Shown: positions 1 to 8,709, counted from the first letter of the stretch. The stretch: 64,000 nt of DNA from Erythrobacter sp. (GCA_965216555.1 OZ244168.1:80601-144600), one strand, 5' to 3'. Numbers and translations are program-made. The notes: a model not told the origin generated them from the letters alone.

Positions 1-308
1 GCGCGCCCGCGCAGCACAAGCGCGGCCTTGCCTTCGCAAGCGCGCCGCTCAAAGATCGCCGTACCCGCCTGTTCGGCGATGAAGGTAATAACCCCGGCCT
101 CTTGCACCGCGCATTGGCGATAGACGCCAGGGGCGATGCTGATCGTGCCGCGACGATCACCGATCGCGTGCACAGCGTCCTGCAGCGTCGAATAGGATTG
201 GCCAATCTCGACCACGGTGAACGGGCCGGACGGCGCCTGTGCGGTCGATCCCGTCGACAGAATCGATGCGGCGAGCGCCAGCGAAGCGAGGGCAATGCGA
301 TGTTTCAT
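1..308 (-). CDS. Secreted right-handed parallel beta-helix repeat protein (5' part only; runs off the window)
   Basis: Hand translation from ATG at 308: MKHRIALASLALAASILSTGSTAQAPSGPFTVVEIGQSYSTLQDAVHAIGDRRGTISIAPGVYRQCAVQEAG... Signal peptide followed by the 'TLQDAV...GTISIAPGVY' start typical of pectin-lyase-fold beta-helix proteins. Not in the ORF track. Confidence 0.7.
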   Translation of the reverse strand, partial: MKHRIALASLALAASILSTGSTAQAPSGPFTVVEIGQSYSTLQDAVHAIGDRRGTISIAPGVYRQCAVQEAGVITFIAEQAGTAIFERRACEGKAALVLRGR

Positions 309-459
309 GGCCTCCAGATACCACGAAGAAGGCGCCATTCGGCACTACGATCGCCGAGTGTGCCGTTTCGGCGCATTCAATTTGCACTTTGCTACCAAAG
401 CGCAGCACGGCTAAGCTGCCGCCAATTTCGTGTTCACAGGGTATTGAGGAGGACAACCC

Positions 460-798
460 ATGAAGAAATTGACCAGTGCATTGTTGGTAACCGGTGCCAC
501 GCTCGCTCTCGCCGCGTGCGGCAGCGCAGAGGACGCATCGAGCGAAGCAACGGCCGACACCGTTGAAATGCCAAGCGACGAAGCGCTTGAGGGCGTAACC
601 GATGAGCCGGTTGAAGATGCCGACGCGATGGAAGAAGTCGATCCGGCTGACACCGCCGTTGATGAGCAGACTGCAACCGCCGCTGCAGACGCAGCCGCTG
701 ACGTCGCCGCTCAGGTTGAGGCGGTGGCCGCTGAAGCCGAAGGCGCTGCCAACGCCGTGGGTGACGCAGTCGACGCGGCTGAAGATGCGATCAACTAA
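460..798 (+). CDS. Small acidic Ala/Asp/Glu-rich lipoprotein, probably disordered
   Basis: SD GAGGAGG upstream; lipobox LAAC at residue 20; low-complexity acidic mature part. Confidence 0.8.
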   Translation: MKKLTSALLVTGATLALAACGSAEDASSEATADTVEMPSDEALEGVTDEPVEDADAMEEVDPADTAVDEQTATAAADAAADVAAQVEAVAAEAEGAANAVGDAVDAAEDAIN

Positions 799-826
799 GC
801 ATCCAACCGCGATCAGAGAGAGCCGC

Positions 827-1066
827 ATGCCAGCAAGCGTGCGGCTCGCTCTTTTTGGGCTGCTTGCGAGCGGGCTCGCCGCTTGCGACAGCTCCTCGGG
901 CAGCGCGCCTGGGGCCGTGAGCGAGGGCGAGGCTGAGGCCTTGGACGAGATCGTTGAAGAGCTCGATCGCAACCGGCTTCCCGACGAGGCAATCCCGCAA
1001 TTGCGCGAGGCCGAAAACGCCTCACCCGAAGTGACAGGCGACAGCGACGCGTCGACAGCGCCATAG
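827..1066 (+). CDS. Small acidic lipoprotein (79 aa)
   Basis: ATG at 827 inside track ORF 602..1066: MPASVRLALFGLLASGLAAC-DSSSG..., lipobox LAAC. Confidence 0.7.
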   Translation: MPASVRLALFGLLASGLAACDSSSGSAPGAVSEGEAEALDEIVEELDRNRLPDEAIPQLREAENASPEVTGDSDASTAP

Positions 1067-1122
1067 CCCGACACGACGCTTTTTCGGGCGCCCATCCAGT
1101 TTCAATCAAAAGGCTTTCCGCA

Positions 1123-2298
1123 ATGAACTCCGGAATGGACCAAGACACGTTTGACCAATTTGCCGAGCAATTGGAGCGCTATGTCAGAGAGAGATTGATC
1201 CCTGCCGAGGATCAGGTGATCGAAAATGATCGCATACCTGAAGAGATCGTCAGCGAAATGCGCGAGATGGGACTGTTCGGTCTCAGCGTTCCGGAAGAAT
1301 ATGGCGGCGCCGGGCTCAACACCGAACAATATGCGCGCATCGTCAACATCATGGCCTATGCGGCTCCGGCCTATCGCTCGATCTTCTCGATCAATATCGG
1401 CATGTTTGCGAGCGCGCTGAAGAATGGCGCAACCGAGGAGCAGCGGGCCGAATGGTATCCCAAGCTGGTCGAAGGCAAGATCGCATGTTTCGGCCTCACC
1501 GAGCCCGGCTCTGGCAGCGACAGCGCTGGCCTGCAGACCACCGCCAAGCCCGATCCCGACGGCAATGGCTGGATCCTCAACGGCACCAAACGCTACATCA
1601 CCAACGCGCCCCATGCCGATGTCGGTCTGATCATGGCGCGCACCGACAAGGAAAACCTGCCCAAGAACGCGCATGTCAGCGCCTTCCTGGTGCCGATGGA
1701 CACGCCCGGTGTCTCAACCGGCTCGCCCGACAAGAAGATGGGGCAATCAGGCTCGCACATTTCGGACATCATGCTCGACGATGTGAAAGTGCCAGGAGAT
1801 GCGCTGCTTGGCGGCGAAACCGGCAAGGGCTTTCGCTTTGCCATGCAGAGCCTCGACAATGGCCGCATTTCGGTCGGCGCAACCGCGACCGGCTATGCCC
1901 GCCGTGCGCTCAACTCGGCGATCCGCTACGCCAATGAACGCAAGGCCTTTGGCGAACCGATCGCGCGTTTCCAGTTGATCCAGGCGATGCTGGCTGACAG
2001 CGAGACAGAGATTTACGCCGCCGAATGCATGATGAAGGATGTCACCGAGCGCGCAGACCGCGGTGAGAACATCCTGGTCAAGGCCGCTGCCTTCAAAGTC
2101 TTCGCATCCGAAATGTGCGGTCGCGTGGTTGATCGCGTGGTGCAGATCTACGGCGGCGCCGGCTATCTTGCGGAATACGATGCTGAGCGCTTCTATCGCG
2201 ACGCGCGGATCTATCGCATTTACGAAGGCACCACTCAGATCCTGCAATTGCAGATCGCCAAGCATATGCTGCGCGAGTGGGAAGCGCATAACTCATAG
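1123..2298 (+). CDS. Acyl-CoA dehydrogenase
   Basis: Motifs FGLTEPGSGSD, LNGTKRYITN, QIYGGAGY, RIYEGTTQI. Confidence 0.95.
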   Translation: MNSGMDQDTFDQFAEQLERYVRERLIPAEDQVIENDRIPEEIVSEMREMGLFGLSVPEEYGGAGLNTEQYARIVNIMAYAAPAYRSIFSINIGMFASALKNGATEEQRAEWYPKLVEGKIACFGLTEPGSGSDSAGLQTTAKPDPDGNGWILNGTKRYITNAPHADVGLIMARTDKENLPKNAHVSAFLVPMDTPGVSTGSPDKKMGQSGSHISDIMLDDVKVPGDALLGGETGKGFRFAMQSLDNGRISVGATATGYARRALNSAIRYANERKAFGEPIARFQLIQAMLADSETEIYAAECMMKDVTERADRGENILVKAAAFKVFASEMCGRVVDRVVQIYGGAGYLAEYDAERFYRDARIYRIYEGTTQILQLQIAKHMLREWEAHNS

Positions 2299-2318
2299 AG
2301 GCCCTGGCCACCCACTCT

Positions 2319-2375
2319 CTCCACCCTTCCGCCCGGAATTTCACGCCGGGATATCATCCGGGTGGAAGGGCGGAG
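2319..2375. repeat. 19-bp inverted repeat (intercistronic hairpin)
   Basis: CTCCACCCTTCCGCCCGGA (2319-2337) pairs with TCCGGGTGGAAGGGCGGAG (2357-2375), with one mismatch and one G-U. Confidence 0.7.
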
Positions 2376-2411
2376 GGCGCAAGAGACCGGGACACACGAG
2401 ATAGGAATACC

Positions 2412-3635
2412 ATGTACCAACTCTTGAACGACCTCTCGATCATCGAGGTCTCCAGCTTTGTCGCTTCGCCCACTGCGGGCCTCTATTGCGCGCAGATGGG
2501 TGCCGAAGTGATCCGCGTCGACCACAAGGCCGGTGGTCTTGATTATGATCGCTACATGCTGACCAAGGAAGGTCGCTCGCTGTCGTGGGAGAACCTCAAC
2601 CGCGCCAAGAAATCGGTCGCGCTGGATCTGCGATCAGGCGAGGGGCGCGAATTGTGCGTCGAACTGGCGGCCAAGACCGGGCAGTGCATCACCAATCTGC
2701 CCGAAAGGAGCTTTCTCAGCCACGCCGCCATGGCGGACAAGCGCGAGGATATGATCAGCCTGCGCATCATGGGTTGGCATGATGGGCGCCAGGCGATGGA
2801 TTTCACCGTCAACGCGGCGTCAGGATATCCCCTGATGACAGGTCCCGAAGAATGGGATGCCGAGACCGCGCCTCCCGTCAGCCAGCCACTGCCGGCCTGG
2901 GACTTTATCACTGGTGCCTATTCGGCTTTCGCCTTGATGACGGCCCTGCACCATCGCAGCGCGACCGGCCAAGGCAGCGAGATGCGCGTGCCGCTGGGCG
3001 ATGTCGCAATCGGCACCATGGCCAATTCGGGCACGATGGCGGAGATGCTCTATCGCGGCGGTGATCGCGAGCGGCTGGGCAATGCGATCTGGGGTGCGTT
3101 CGGGCGCGACTTCCAGGCCCGCGATGGCGCGCGCTTCATGGTCGCGGCTTTGACACCGAAGCAATGGAAGGGGCTGATCGAAGCGTTTGATCTCGCCGAA
3201 CCGATCGCTGCGCTCGAGGCCGAGCTGGGGGTCGATTTCAACGCGGGCGATCGTCCGCGGTTTGAGAATCGGCATCGCCTGTTCGACTTGTTTCAATCGG
3301 CCGCGGAACAGCGCGACTATGCCGACCTTGCTGAACGGATGGCCGCTTATGGCTGCACGTTTGAGCGGTATCGTTCGCACTATGAGGCCTCGAAGGACCC
3401 GGTGCTGATCACCGACAATCCGCTGTTCGGTCCGTCGCCCGCCAATCCGTCTGGTTTTGAATATCCGGCCACACGCAGCTTTGCGAACCTCCCGGCGCAT
3501 GATCCCGGCGACCCGGCACCGGCGCCCTATCTTGGGCAGCATTCGGAAGAGGTTCTGGCCGAGCGTCTGGGCCTATCATCTGGAGCAATTGCCAAGCTAA
3601 TAGATGCTGGCACAGTCGCGCTTTCAGACGCTTAA
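2412..3635 (+). CDS. mct: Family III (CaiB/BaiF) CoA-transferase, mesaconyl-CoA C1-C4 transferase (2-methylfumaryl-CoA isomerase)-like
   Basis: SFVASPTAG...AQMGAEVIRVD...GGLDYDRY, NLNRAKKSVALDL, LPAWD (catalytic Asp), GAFGRDF, APYLGQHSEEVL. Pattern recognised as matching Chloroflexus Mct; symbol is tentative. Confidence 0.75.
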   Translation: MYQLLNDLSIIEVSSFVASPTAGLYCAQMGAEVIRVDHKAGGLDYDRYMLTKEGRSLSWENLNRAKKSVALDLRSGEGRELCVELAAKTGQCITNLPERSFLSHAAMADKREDMISLRIMGWHDGRQAMDFTVNAASGYPLMTGPEEWDAETAPPVSQPLPAWDFITGAYSAFALMTALHHRSATGQGSEMRVPLGDVAIGTMANSGTMAEMLYRGGDRERLGNAIWGAFGRDFQARDGARFMVAALTPKQWKGLIEAFDLAEPIAALEAELGVDFNAGDRPRFENRHRLFDLFQSAAEQRDYADLAERMAAYGCTFERYRSHYEASKDPVLITDNPLFGPSPANPSGFEYPATRSFANLPAHDPGDPAPAPYLGQHSEEVLAERLGLSSGAIAKLIDAGTVALSDA

Positions 3636-3651
3636 CCTTGAGAGAGATGAC

Positions 3652-4878
3652 ATGAGCAGAAGAGCCGCAATCGTATCTCCCCTCCGCACGCCGGTGGGCA
3701 AATTCCTGGGCGGATTGTCGAGCCTCAATGCAGGCGAACTGGGCGCGATCATCCTCAAGGCCCTGATTGAGCGTAGTGGGATCGATCCTGAACGGGTCGA
3801 TGACGTCGTGTTCTCGCAAGGATATGGCAATGCCGAAGCACCGGCGATCGGGCACTGGTCATGGCTGGCCGCTGACCTACCGCTCGAAGTGCCAGGCTAT
3901 CAGCTCGATCGACGCTGCGGATCTGGTCTACAGGCCGTCGCTAACGCGGCGATGATGGTCGAAACCGGCATGGCCGATGTGGTGGTCGCGGGCGGCTGCG
4001 AGAGCATGTCCAATGTCGAACACTACACGCTTCAAGGGCGTGGCGGCGCGCGCATGGGCGATATCACGCTGCACGATCGCTTGTCGCGCGGACGGTTGAT
4101 GAGCCAGCCGATCGAACGGTTTGGGATCATCACCGGAATGATCGAGACTGCCGAGAATCTCGCCAAAGATTACGACATCAGCCGCGAGCAGGCCGATGCC
4201 TTTGCCGTTCGCTCACACCAGAATGCCGCAGCGGCCTGGGAGGCCGGAAAGTTTGATGAGCAATTGGTGAAAATCGACGTCCCGCAGCGGCGCGGCGACC
4301 CGATTACCTTCGCGCAGGATGAGGGCTACCGCGCTGACGCCTCGATGGAGAGCCTCGGCAAGCTGCGCGCGATCGATCTCAAGCGTGATCCCGAGGCGAT
4401 CGTGACCGCTGGCAATGCCAGCCAGCAGAATGACGCGGCGGCCGCTTGCCTGGTTGTCGCCGAAGACAAGCTTGAAGAGCTGGGGCTCGAACCAATGCTG
4501 TGGTTTGGTGGCTGGGCCGCCGCTGGCTGTGATCCGTCGCGGATGGGGATCGGGCCCGTGCCTGCGGTTGAGCGCCTGTTCGAACGTCGCGGCTATTCCT
4601 GGGACGAGATCGATCTGGTCGAGCTAAACGAGGCCTTCGCGCCGCAAGTGCTGGCCGTGCTCAAAGGCTGGGGCTGGAGCGAGGATGATAGCCGGCGTGA
4701 CCTGCTCAACGTCAATGGCTCGGGCATCTCGCTTGGGCACCCTATCGGTGCGACCGGCGGGCGAATTCTGGCTGACATGGCGCATGAAATGCACCGGCGC
4801 GAGGCTCGCTTTGGCCTTGAGACCATGTGCATTGGCGGCGGCCAAGGTATTGCCGCGGTGTTCGAACGCGCGGCCTGA
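3652..4878 (+). CDS. Acetyl-CoA C-acyltransferase (thiolase)
   Basis: DRRCGSG (Cys), ELNEAF, GHPIGATG, MCIGGGQG. Start set at ATG 3652 (MSRRAAIVSPLRTP). Confidence 0.95.
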   Translation: MSRRAAIVSPLRTPVGKFLGGLSSLNAGELGAIILKALIERSGIDPERVDDVVFSQGYGNAEAPAIGHWSWLAADLPLEVPGYQLDRRCGSGLQAVANAAMMVETGMADVVVAGGCESMSNVEHYTLQGRGGARMGDITLHDRLSRGRLMSQPIERFGIITGMIETAENLAKDYDISREQADAFAVRSHQNAAAAWEAGKFDEQLVKIDVPQRRGDPITFAQDEGYRADASMESLGKLRAIDLKRDPEAIVTAGNASQQNDAAAACLVVAEDKLEELGLEPMLWFGGWAAAGCDPSRMGIGPVPAVERLFERRGYSWDEIDLVELNEAFAPQVLAVLKGWGWSEDDSRRDLLNVNGSGISLGHPIGATGGRILADMAHEMHRREARFGLETMCIGGGQGIAAVFERAA

Positions 4879-5729
4879 TGTCCGAATGGGATGCCTGGAT
4901 TGGTCGGGAGACCGAGGCTTCGGGCACGCTCGATGCAGAGCTGGCAAAGCGGTGGCTCGCAACTTTCGACCTGGCGGATCCGGAGCATGGCGCAATGCCG
5001 CAAGGCGTGCATTTCTGCCTTTGTACGCCCGATGCGGCGACATCGGCCCTGGGTGAGGATGGCCACCCCACGCGCGATCAGAGCCCGGACAGCTTTCTCC
5101 CACCCTTTCCCTTGCCGCGGCGGATGTGGGCGTCGAGTGCGATTGAGTTCGTCGCGCCCATAGCAATAGGCGCACATGTCAGACGCACAAGCAAAGTCGC
5201 TTCCATCAGCGAGAAGCAGGGCGGCAGCGGCAGTTTGGCGTTCGTGAATGTCGAGCACGAGACAGTTGCCGACGAGGCCGTGGTGGTGCGCGAGACGCAG
5301 ACGCTGGTCTATCGCGATGCGGCGCCTGCTGATGCCGCACTCAGCCCGCCCGCGCTCTGCGTTGGACATTTTGAGCCCGGCGAATGGGACATACACCGCG
5401 TGCTCGCCCCTGATCCGCGGTTGCTATTCCGCTTTTCGGCGCTGACCTTCAACACGCATCGTATCCATTACGATGCGCCCTATGCGCGCGATGTTGAACG
5501 CTATCGCGGCCTAGTCGTCCATGGGCCTTTGACAGCGAGCCTAATGCTGCAATTGGCGGCCAGCGAGCTGGGTCACAATCGCCTCACATCCTTCGCATTT
5601 CGCGGGGTTTCGCCAGCGATCGCTGACGAGCCGCTGCATCTGGTTATGCGCAGATCGGATGACGGCTTTGAATTGGGTGCCTTTGGCGCTGATGGCAGGC
5701 AGGTGACCAAGGCCAGCGCCGCGATCTAA
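4878..5729 (+). CDS. Double hot-dog hydratase, mesaconyl-C4-CoA hydratase / itaconyl-CoA hydratase family
   Basis: WIGRET, PRRMWA, LLFRFSALTFNTHRIHYD, GLVVHGPL. ATG at 4878 overlaps the thiolase TGA. Confidence 0.85.
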   Translation: MSEWDAWIGRETEASGTLDAELAKRWLATFDLADPEHGAMPQGVHFCLCTPDAATSALGEDGHPTRDQSPDSFLPPFPLPRRMWASSAIEFVAPIAIGAHVRRTSKVASISEKQGGSGSLAFVNVEHETVADEAVVVRETQTLVYRDAAPADAALSPPALCVGHFEPGEWDIHRVLAPDPRLLFRFSALTFNTHRIHYDAPYARDVERYRGLVVHGPLTASLMLQLAASELGHNRLTSFAFRGVSPAIADEPLHLVMRRSDDGFELGAFGADGRQVTKASAAI

Positions 5730-5929
5730 CCGCCTGATTTGGGCGGTCTGCCCCGTTTGGGCTTTGCGCTTGGCTCGACTTCGATACCGCGGGCCTTGAG
5801 CGCTTCGCGCAGCAGCATTTCGATTTGCGCATTGGACGAACGCAATTCAGCCCCCGCGAGCCGCTCGATCGCAGCATGGACTGCCGGATCGAGGCGGAGC
5901 GCGAAGGCTTTTTTGGGGGGTGCAGCCAT
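5726..5929 (-). CDS. Arc/ribbon-helix-helix DNA-binding protein
   Basis: KKAFALRLDPAVHAAIERLAGAELRSSNAQIEMLLREAL gives a beta-helix-helix pattern; basic tail; 22 nt downstream of the SPFH gene. Confidence 0.8.
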   Translation of the reverse strand: MAAPPKKAFALRLDPAVHAAIERLAGAELRSSNAQIEMLLREALKARGIEVEPSAKPKRGRPPKSGG

Positions 5930-5951
5930 GGCTGCCTCCTGCGCAAGGCGA

Positions 5952-6845
5952 TTACTGGTAGAGCGTACCGGCGTTGACGACGGGTTGCGCTTCGCGATCG
6001 CCGCACAGCACCACCATCAGGTTGGACACCATGGTGGCGCGCCGCTCATCGTCCAGTTCGACAATGCCATCGGATGACAGCTTGCTGAGCGCGTCTTCGA
6101 CCATTGAGACCGCGCCAATGACAACCTTCTTGCGCGCGGCGATCACCGCGTCGGCCTGTTGGCGACGGAGCATCGCGCCAGCAATCTCCGGGGCGTAAGC
6201 CAAGTGAGTCAGGCCCGCTTCATCGACCAGGATCCCGGCGACTTCGAGCCGCTCATTGAGCTCCTCGCGCAACTCGCTTGCAATCACATCGGCGCTGCCA
6301 CGCAATGTCGTTTCATCCTCATCCGACATGTCATCATAGGGGTGACGGGCACCAACCGTGCGCAGGCCGGCTTCGATCTGGATATTCACGAACTCCTTGT
6401 AATCGTCGACATCGAACACCGCTTGCGCCGTGTCCTGGACGCGCCAAACGACATTGCAGGCCACTTCGATCGGGTTGCCGCGCAGATCGTTGATTTTGAC
6501 CCGTTCCGAATGGATGTTGTGCGCCCGCACGCTGAGCTTGTTCTTGCCCATCCACGGCCATACCCAGTGCAGGCCCTCTTTGCGGACCGTGCCTCGATAT
6601 TCGCCGAACAGAGTGATCACGACGGCTTCGTTGGGCTGGATCATGAAAAATCCGACGATCACGAAGACAAAGGACAGCGTGCCAACAATGACGCTGCCGA
6701 CAGTCGTGCCAGCGTCGAACATGTTGATTGCAAAGCTCGCTGGAACGACGATCGTCGCGAGCAAGACCAGCAGCATGACATAGCCGTTGAAGCTACTCGA
6801 GCCGGTTTCGTTGCTGGCGGTGCGAGGGGGAGAGGTGTCTGTCAT
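5952..6845 (-). CDS. SPFH/band-7 domain membrane protein
   Basis: Two N-terminal TM helices, then QPNEAVVITLFGEYRGT, KINDLRGNPIEV, HLAYAPEIAGAMLRRQQA. Confidence 0.9.
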   Translation of the reverse strand: MTDTSPPRTASNETGSSSFNGYVMLLVLLATIVVPASFAINMFDAGTTVGSVIVGTLSFVFVIVGFFMIQPNEAVVITLFGEYRGTVRKEGLHWVWPWMGKNKLSVRAHNIHSERVKINDLRGNPIEVACNVVWRVQDTAQAVFDVDDYKEFVNIQIEAGLRTVGARHPYDDMSDEDETTLRGSADVIASELREELNERLEVAGILVDEAGLTHLAYAPEIAGAMLRRQQADAVIAARKKVVIGAVSMVEDALSKLSSDGIVELDDERRATMVSNLMVVLCGDREAQPVVNAGTLYQ

Positions 6846-6857
6846 CGGGGGTTTTCC

Positions 6858-6895
6858 TTCTTGATATAATTATGATATCACTTTTATATCAAGAA
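6858..6895. promoter_or_regulatory. 38-bp palindromic operator upstream of the SPFH-RHH operon
   Basis: TTCTTGATATAA-tta-TGATATCA-ctt-TTATATCAAGAA. The outer 12-bp arms and the central TGATATCA share one dyad axis; it ends 12 nt before the SPFH start codon. Confidence 0.75.
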
Positions 6896-6905
6896 AGCTC
6901 CCGAG

Positions 6906-7685
6906 TCAATCCTCCACCTTGTACGAGGGAAGGGGTTTCAGCACCGCATAGCTCTCCGCCTTGGGTTCCTTCCCAAGATCGGGGAATTCGATCGCAGGCG
7001 GGTCAACATGAGTGTCTGGCAACCGGTCGAGCAGATCGCGGATCAGGGTCAGTCGTCCGCGCTTCTGATCGTTGAAATCGACCAAGGTCCATGGCGCATT
7101 GTCGGTGTGCGTCGCTCGCAGCATGTCTTCACGCGCGTCGGTGTAAGCGTCGTATTGCTCACGCGCCGCCAGATCGATCGGTGACAATTTCCAGCGCTTG
7201 AGCGGATCATCGAGCCGTTCGCGCAAACGCTCTTCCTGCTTTTCCTGGTCGGTGGTCAGCCAATATTTGAACAGATGGATGCCGTCATCCGTGAGCAGTT
7301 TCTCGAACACCGGAACCTGATCGAGGAATGCGCTGATCTGCGCATCGTCGGCGAATCCCATCACCTTCTCGACACCAGCCCGATTGTACCACGACCGGTC
7401 AAACAGAACGATCTCACCCGCGGTTGGCAAGTGCTGGATGTAACGCTGGAAATACCACTGGCCTTGCTCGGCATCAGTCGGCTTGCCCAGCGCAACCGTC
7501 CGGCACTGCCGGGGATTGAGCTTGTCGCGCACCGCTCTGATTGCGCCGCCCTTCCCAGCCGTATCGCGACCCTCAAATAGGATCACGATCCGTGCGCCGG
7601 TGGTCCGCGCCCAACGCGCCATGCCCACCAATTCCTCGGTCAGCGGTTCAAGCGCCTTGCGATAATCTTTGCCTTTGATTCCCAT
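6906..7685 (-). CDS. ppk2: Polyphosphate kinase 2
   Basis: FEGRDTAGKGG (Walker A), QWYFQRY, LFDRSWYNRAGVEKVMGF, KRWKLSPID. Confidence 0.95.
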   Translation of the reverse strand: MGIKGKDYRKALEPLTEELVGMARWARTTGARIVILFEGRDTAGKGGAIRAVRDKLNPRQCRTVALGKPTDAEQGQWYFQRYIQHLPTAGEIVLFDRSWYNRAGVEKVMGFADDAQISAFLDQVPVFEKLLTDDGIHLFKYWLTTDQEKQEERLRERLDDPLKRWKLSPIDLAAREQYDAYTDAREDMLRATHTDNAPWTLVDFNDQKRGRLTLIRDLLDRLPDTHVDPPAIEFPDLGKEPKAESYAVLKPLPSYKVED

Positions 7686-7724
7686 ATTTGTTCCAGCAAT
7701 TGTCCTTGTCTGTGCCCGGTGGTA

Positions 7725-7738
7725 GTATCAGATGATAC
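7725..7738. promoter_or_regulatory. Candidate operator GTATCA-GA-TGATAC between divergent ppk2 and phhA
   Basis: Perfect 6-2-6 palindrome ending 3 nt before the phhA ATG. Confidence 0.4.
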
Positions 7739-7741
7739 GTT

Positions 7742-8680
7742 ATGGCTACACTCGCTAATCCTGAAACCGACTTTACCGTCCTGCCCGAGCTTCCGGCAGA
7801 CGTATTCACTGCGCCTTTGATCAAGCCCGAACATGTTGGCGATGACTGGCTTGAGCCCGCACAAACGCAATATTCCAGCGACGATGATGCGATCTGGAAC
7901 GATCTGTTTGAACGCCAGATGCAGGTGCTGCCGGGACGGGCGGCGACAGCCTTTATGGAAGGGCTCGACAAGCTTGACCTAAGCCGCGGCGGCGTGCCCG
8001 ATTTCGGACACTTGTCCGAGGAACTCAACAAGCTGACCGGATGGAGCGTCGTGCCTGTGCCGATGCTGATCCCCGATCACGTTTTCTTCTGGCACCTTGC
8101 CAATCGCCGTTTCCCGGCCGGCAATTTCATCCGCACGCGGGAAACCTTCGAATACATCCAGGAACCCGACGTGTTCCATGACGTGTTCGGCCATGTCCCG
8201 ATGCTGACCGATCCGGTCTATGCCGATTACATGCAGGAATATGGCCGCGCCGGATGGAAGGCGATGCGCTACAACCGGCTCAAGGCGCTGGGCGCGCTCT
8301 ATTGGTACACGGTTGAGTTCGGGCTGATCGAGGAACCCGACGGCATCAAGGCCTACGGCGCCGGCATTCTCTCAGGGCCAACCGAGGCCCGTTTCGCGGT
8401 TGAAGCCAAGAGCCCCAACCGGATCATGCTCAATGTCGATCGCGTTATGCGCACCGATTACGTCATCAGCGATCTTCAGCCGACCTATTTTGTGATAGAG
8501 AGCTTCGAAGATCTCTATCGTCAGACGGTCGAGCGTGACTTTGACCGCCTCTATCGCAGCCTGGCTCCGAATTTCACATACGCGAACAGCGCCGTCATCG
8601 ACGTCGACTATGTCGTCAATCGGGGAACGCAGGAATACCATCTGCGAGGTGGCCGAGGATCGGACGCAGAGCCGATCTGA
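7742..8680 (+). CDS. phhA: Phenylalanine 4-monooxygenase
   Basis: EPDVFHDVFGHVP (Fe-binding His pair), LYWYTVEFGL, KAYGAGILS. Confidence 0.95.
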   Translation: MATLANPETDFTVLPELPADVFTAPLIKPEHVGDDWLEPAQTQYSSDDDAIWNDLFERQMQVLPGRAATAFMEGLDKLDLSRGGVPDFGHLSEELNKLTGWSVVPVPMLIPDHVFFWHLANRRFPAGNFIRTRETFEYIQEPDVFHDVFGHVPMLTDPVYADYMQEYGRAGWKAMRYNRLKALGALYWYTVEFGLIEEPDGIKAYGAGILSGPTEARFAVEAKSPNRIMLNVDRVMRTDYVISDLQPTYFVIESFEDLYRQTVERDFDRLYRSLAPNFTYANSAVIDVDYVVNRGTQEYHLRGGRGSDAEPI

Positions 8681-8709
8681 GCGTGATTCCAGAGCCTTGG
8701 GTAGTTTGC

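Noticed and set aside
5726-5929. RHH protein as the antitoxin of a toxin-antitoxin system
   Set aside because: No toxin ORF is adjacent; it is the second gene of the SPFH operon and has a matching upstream operator.
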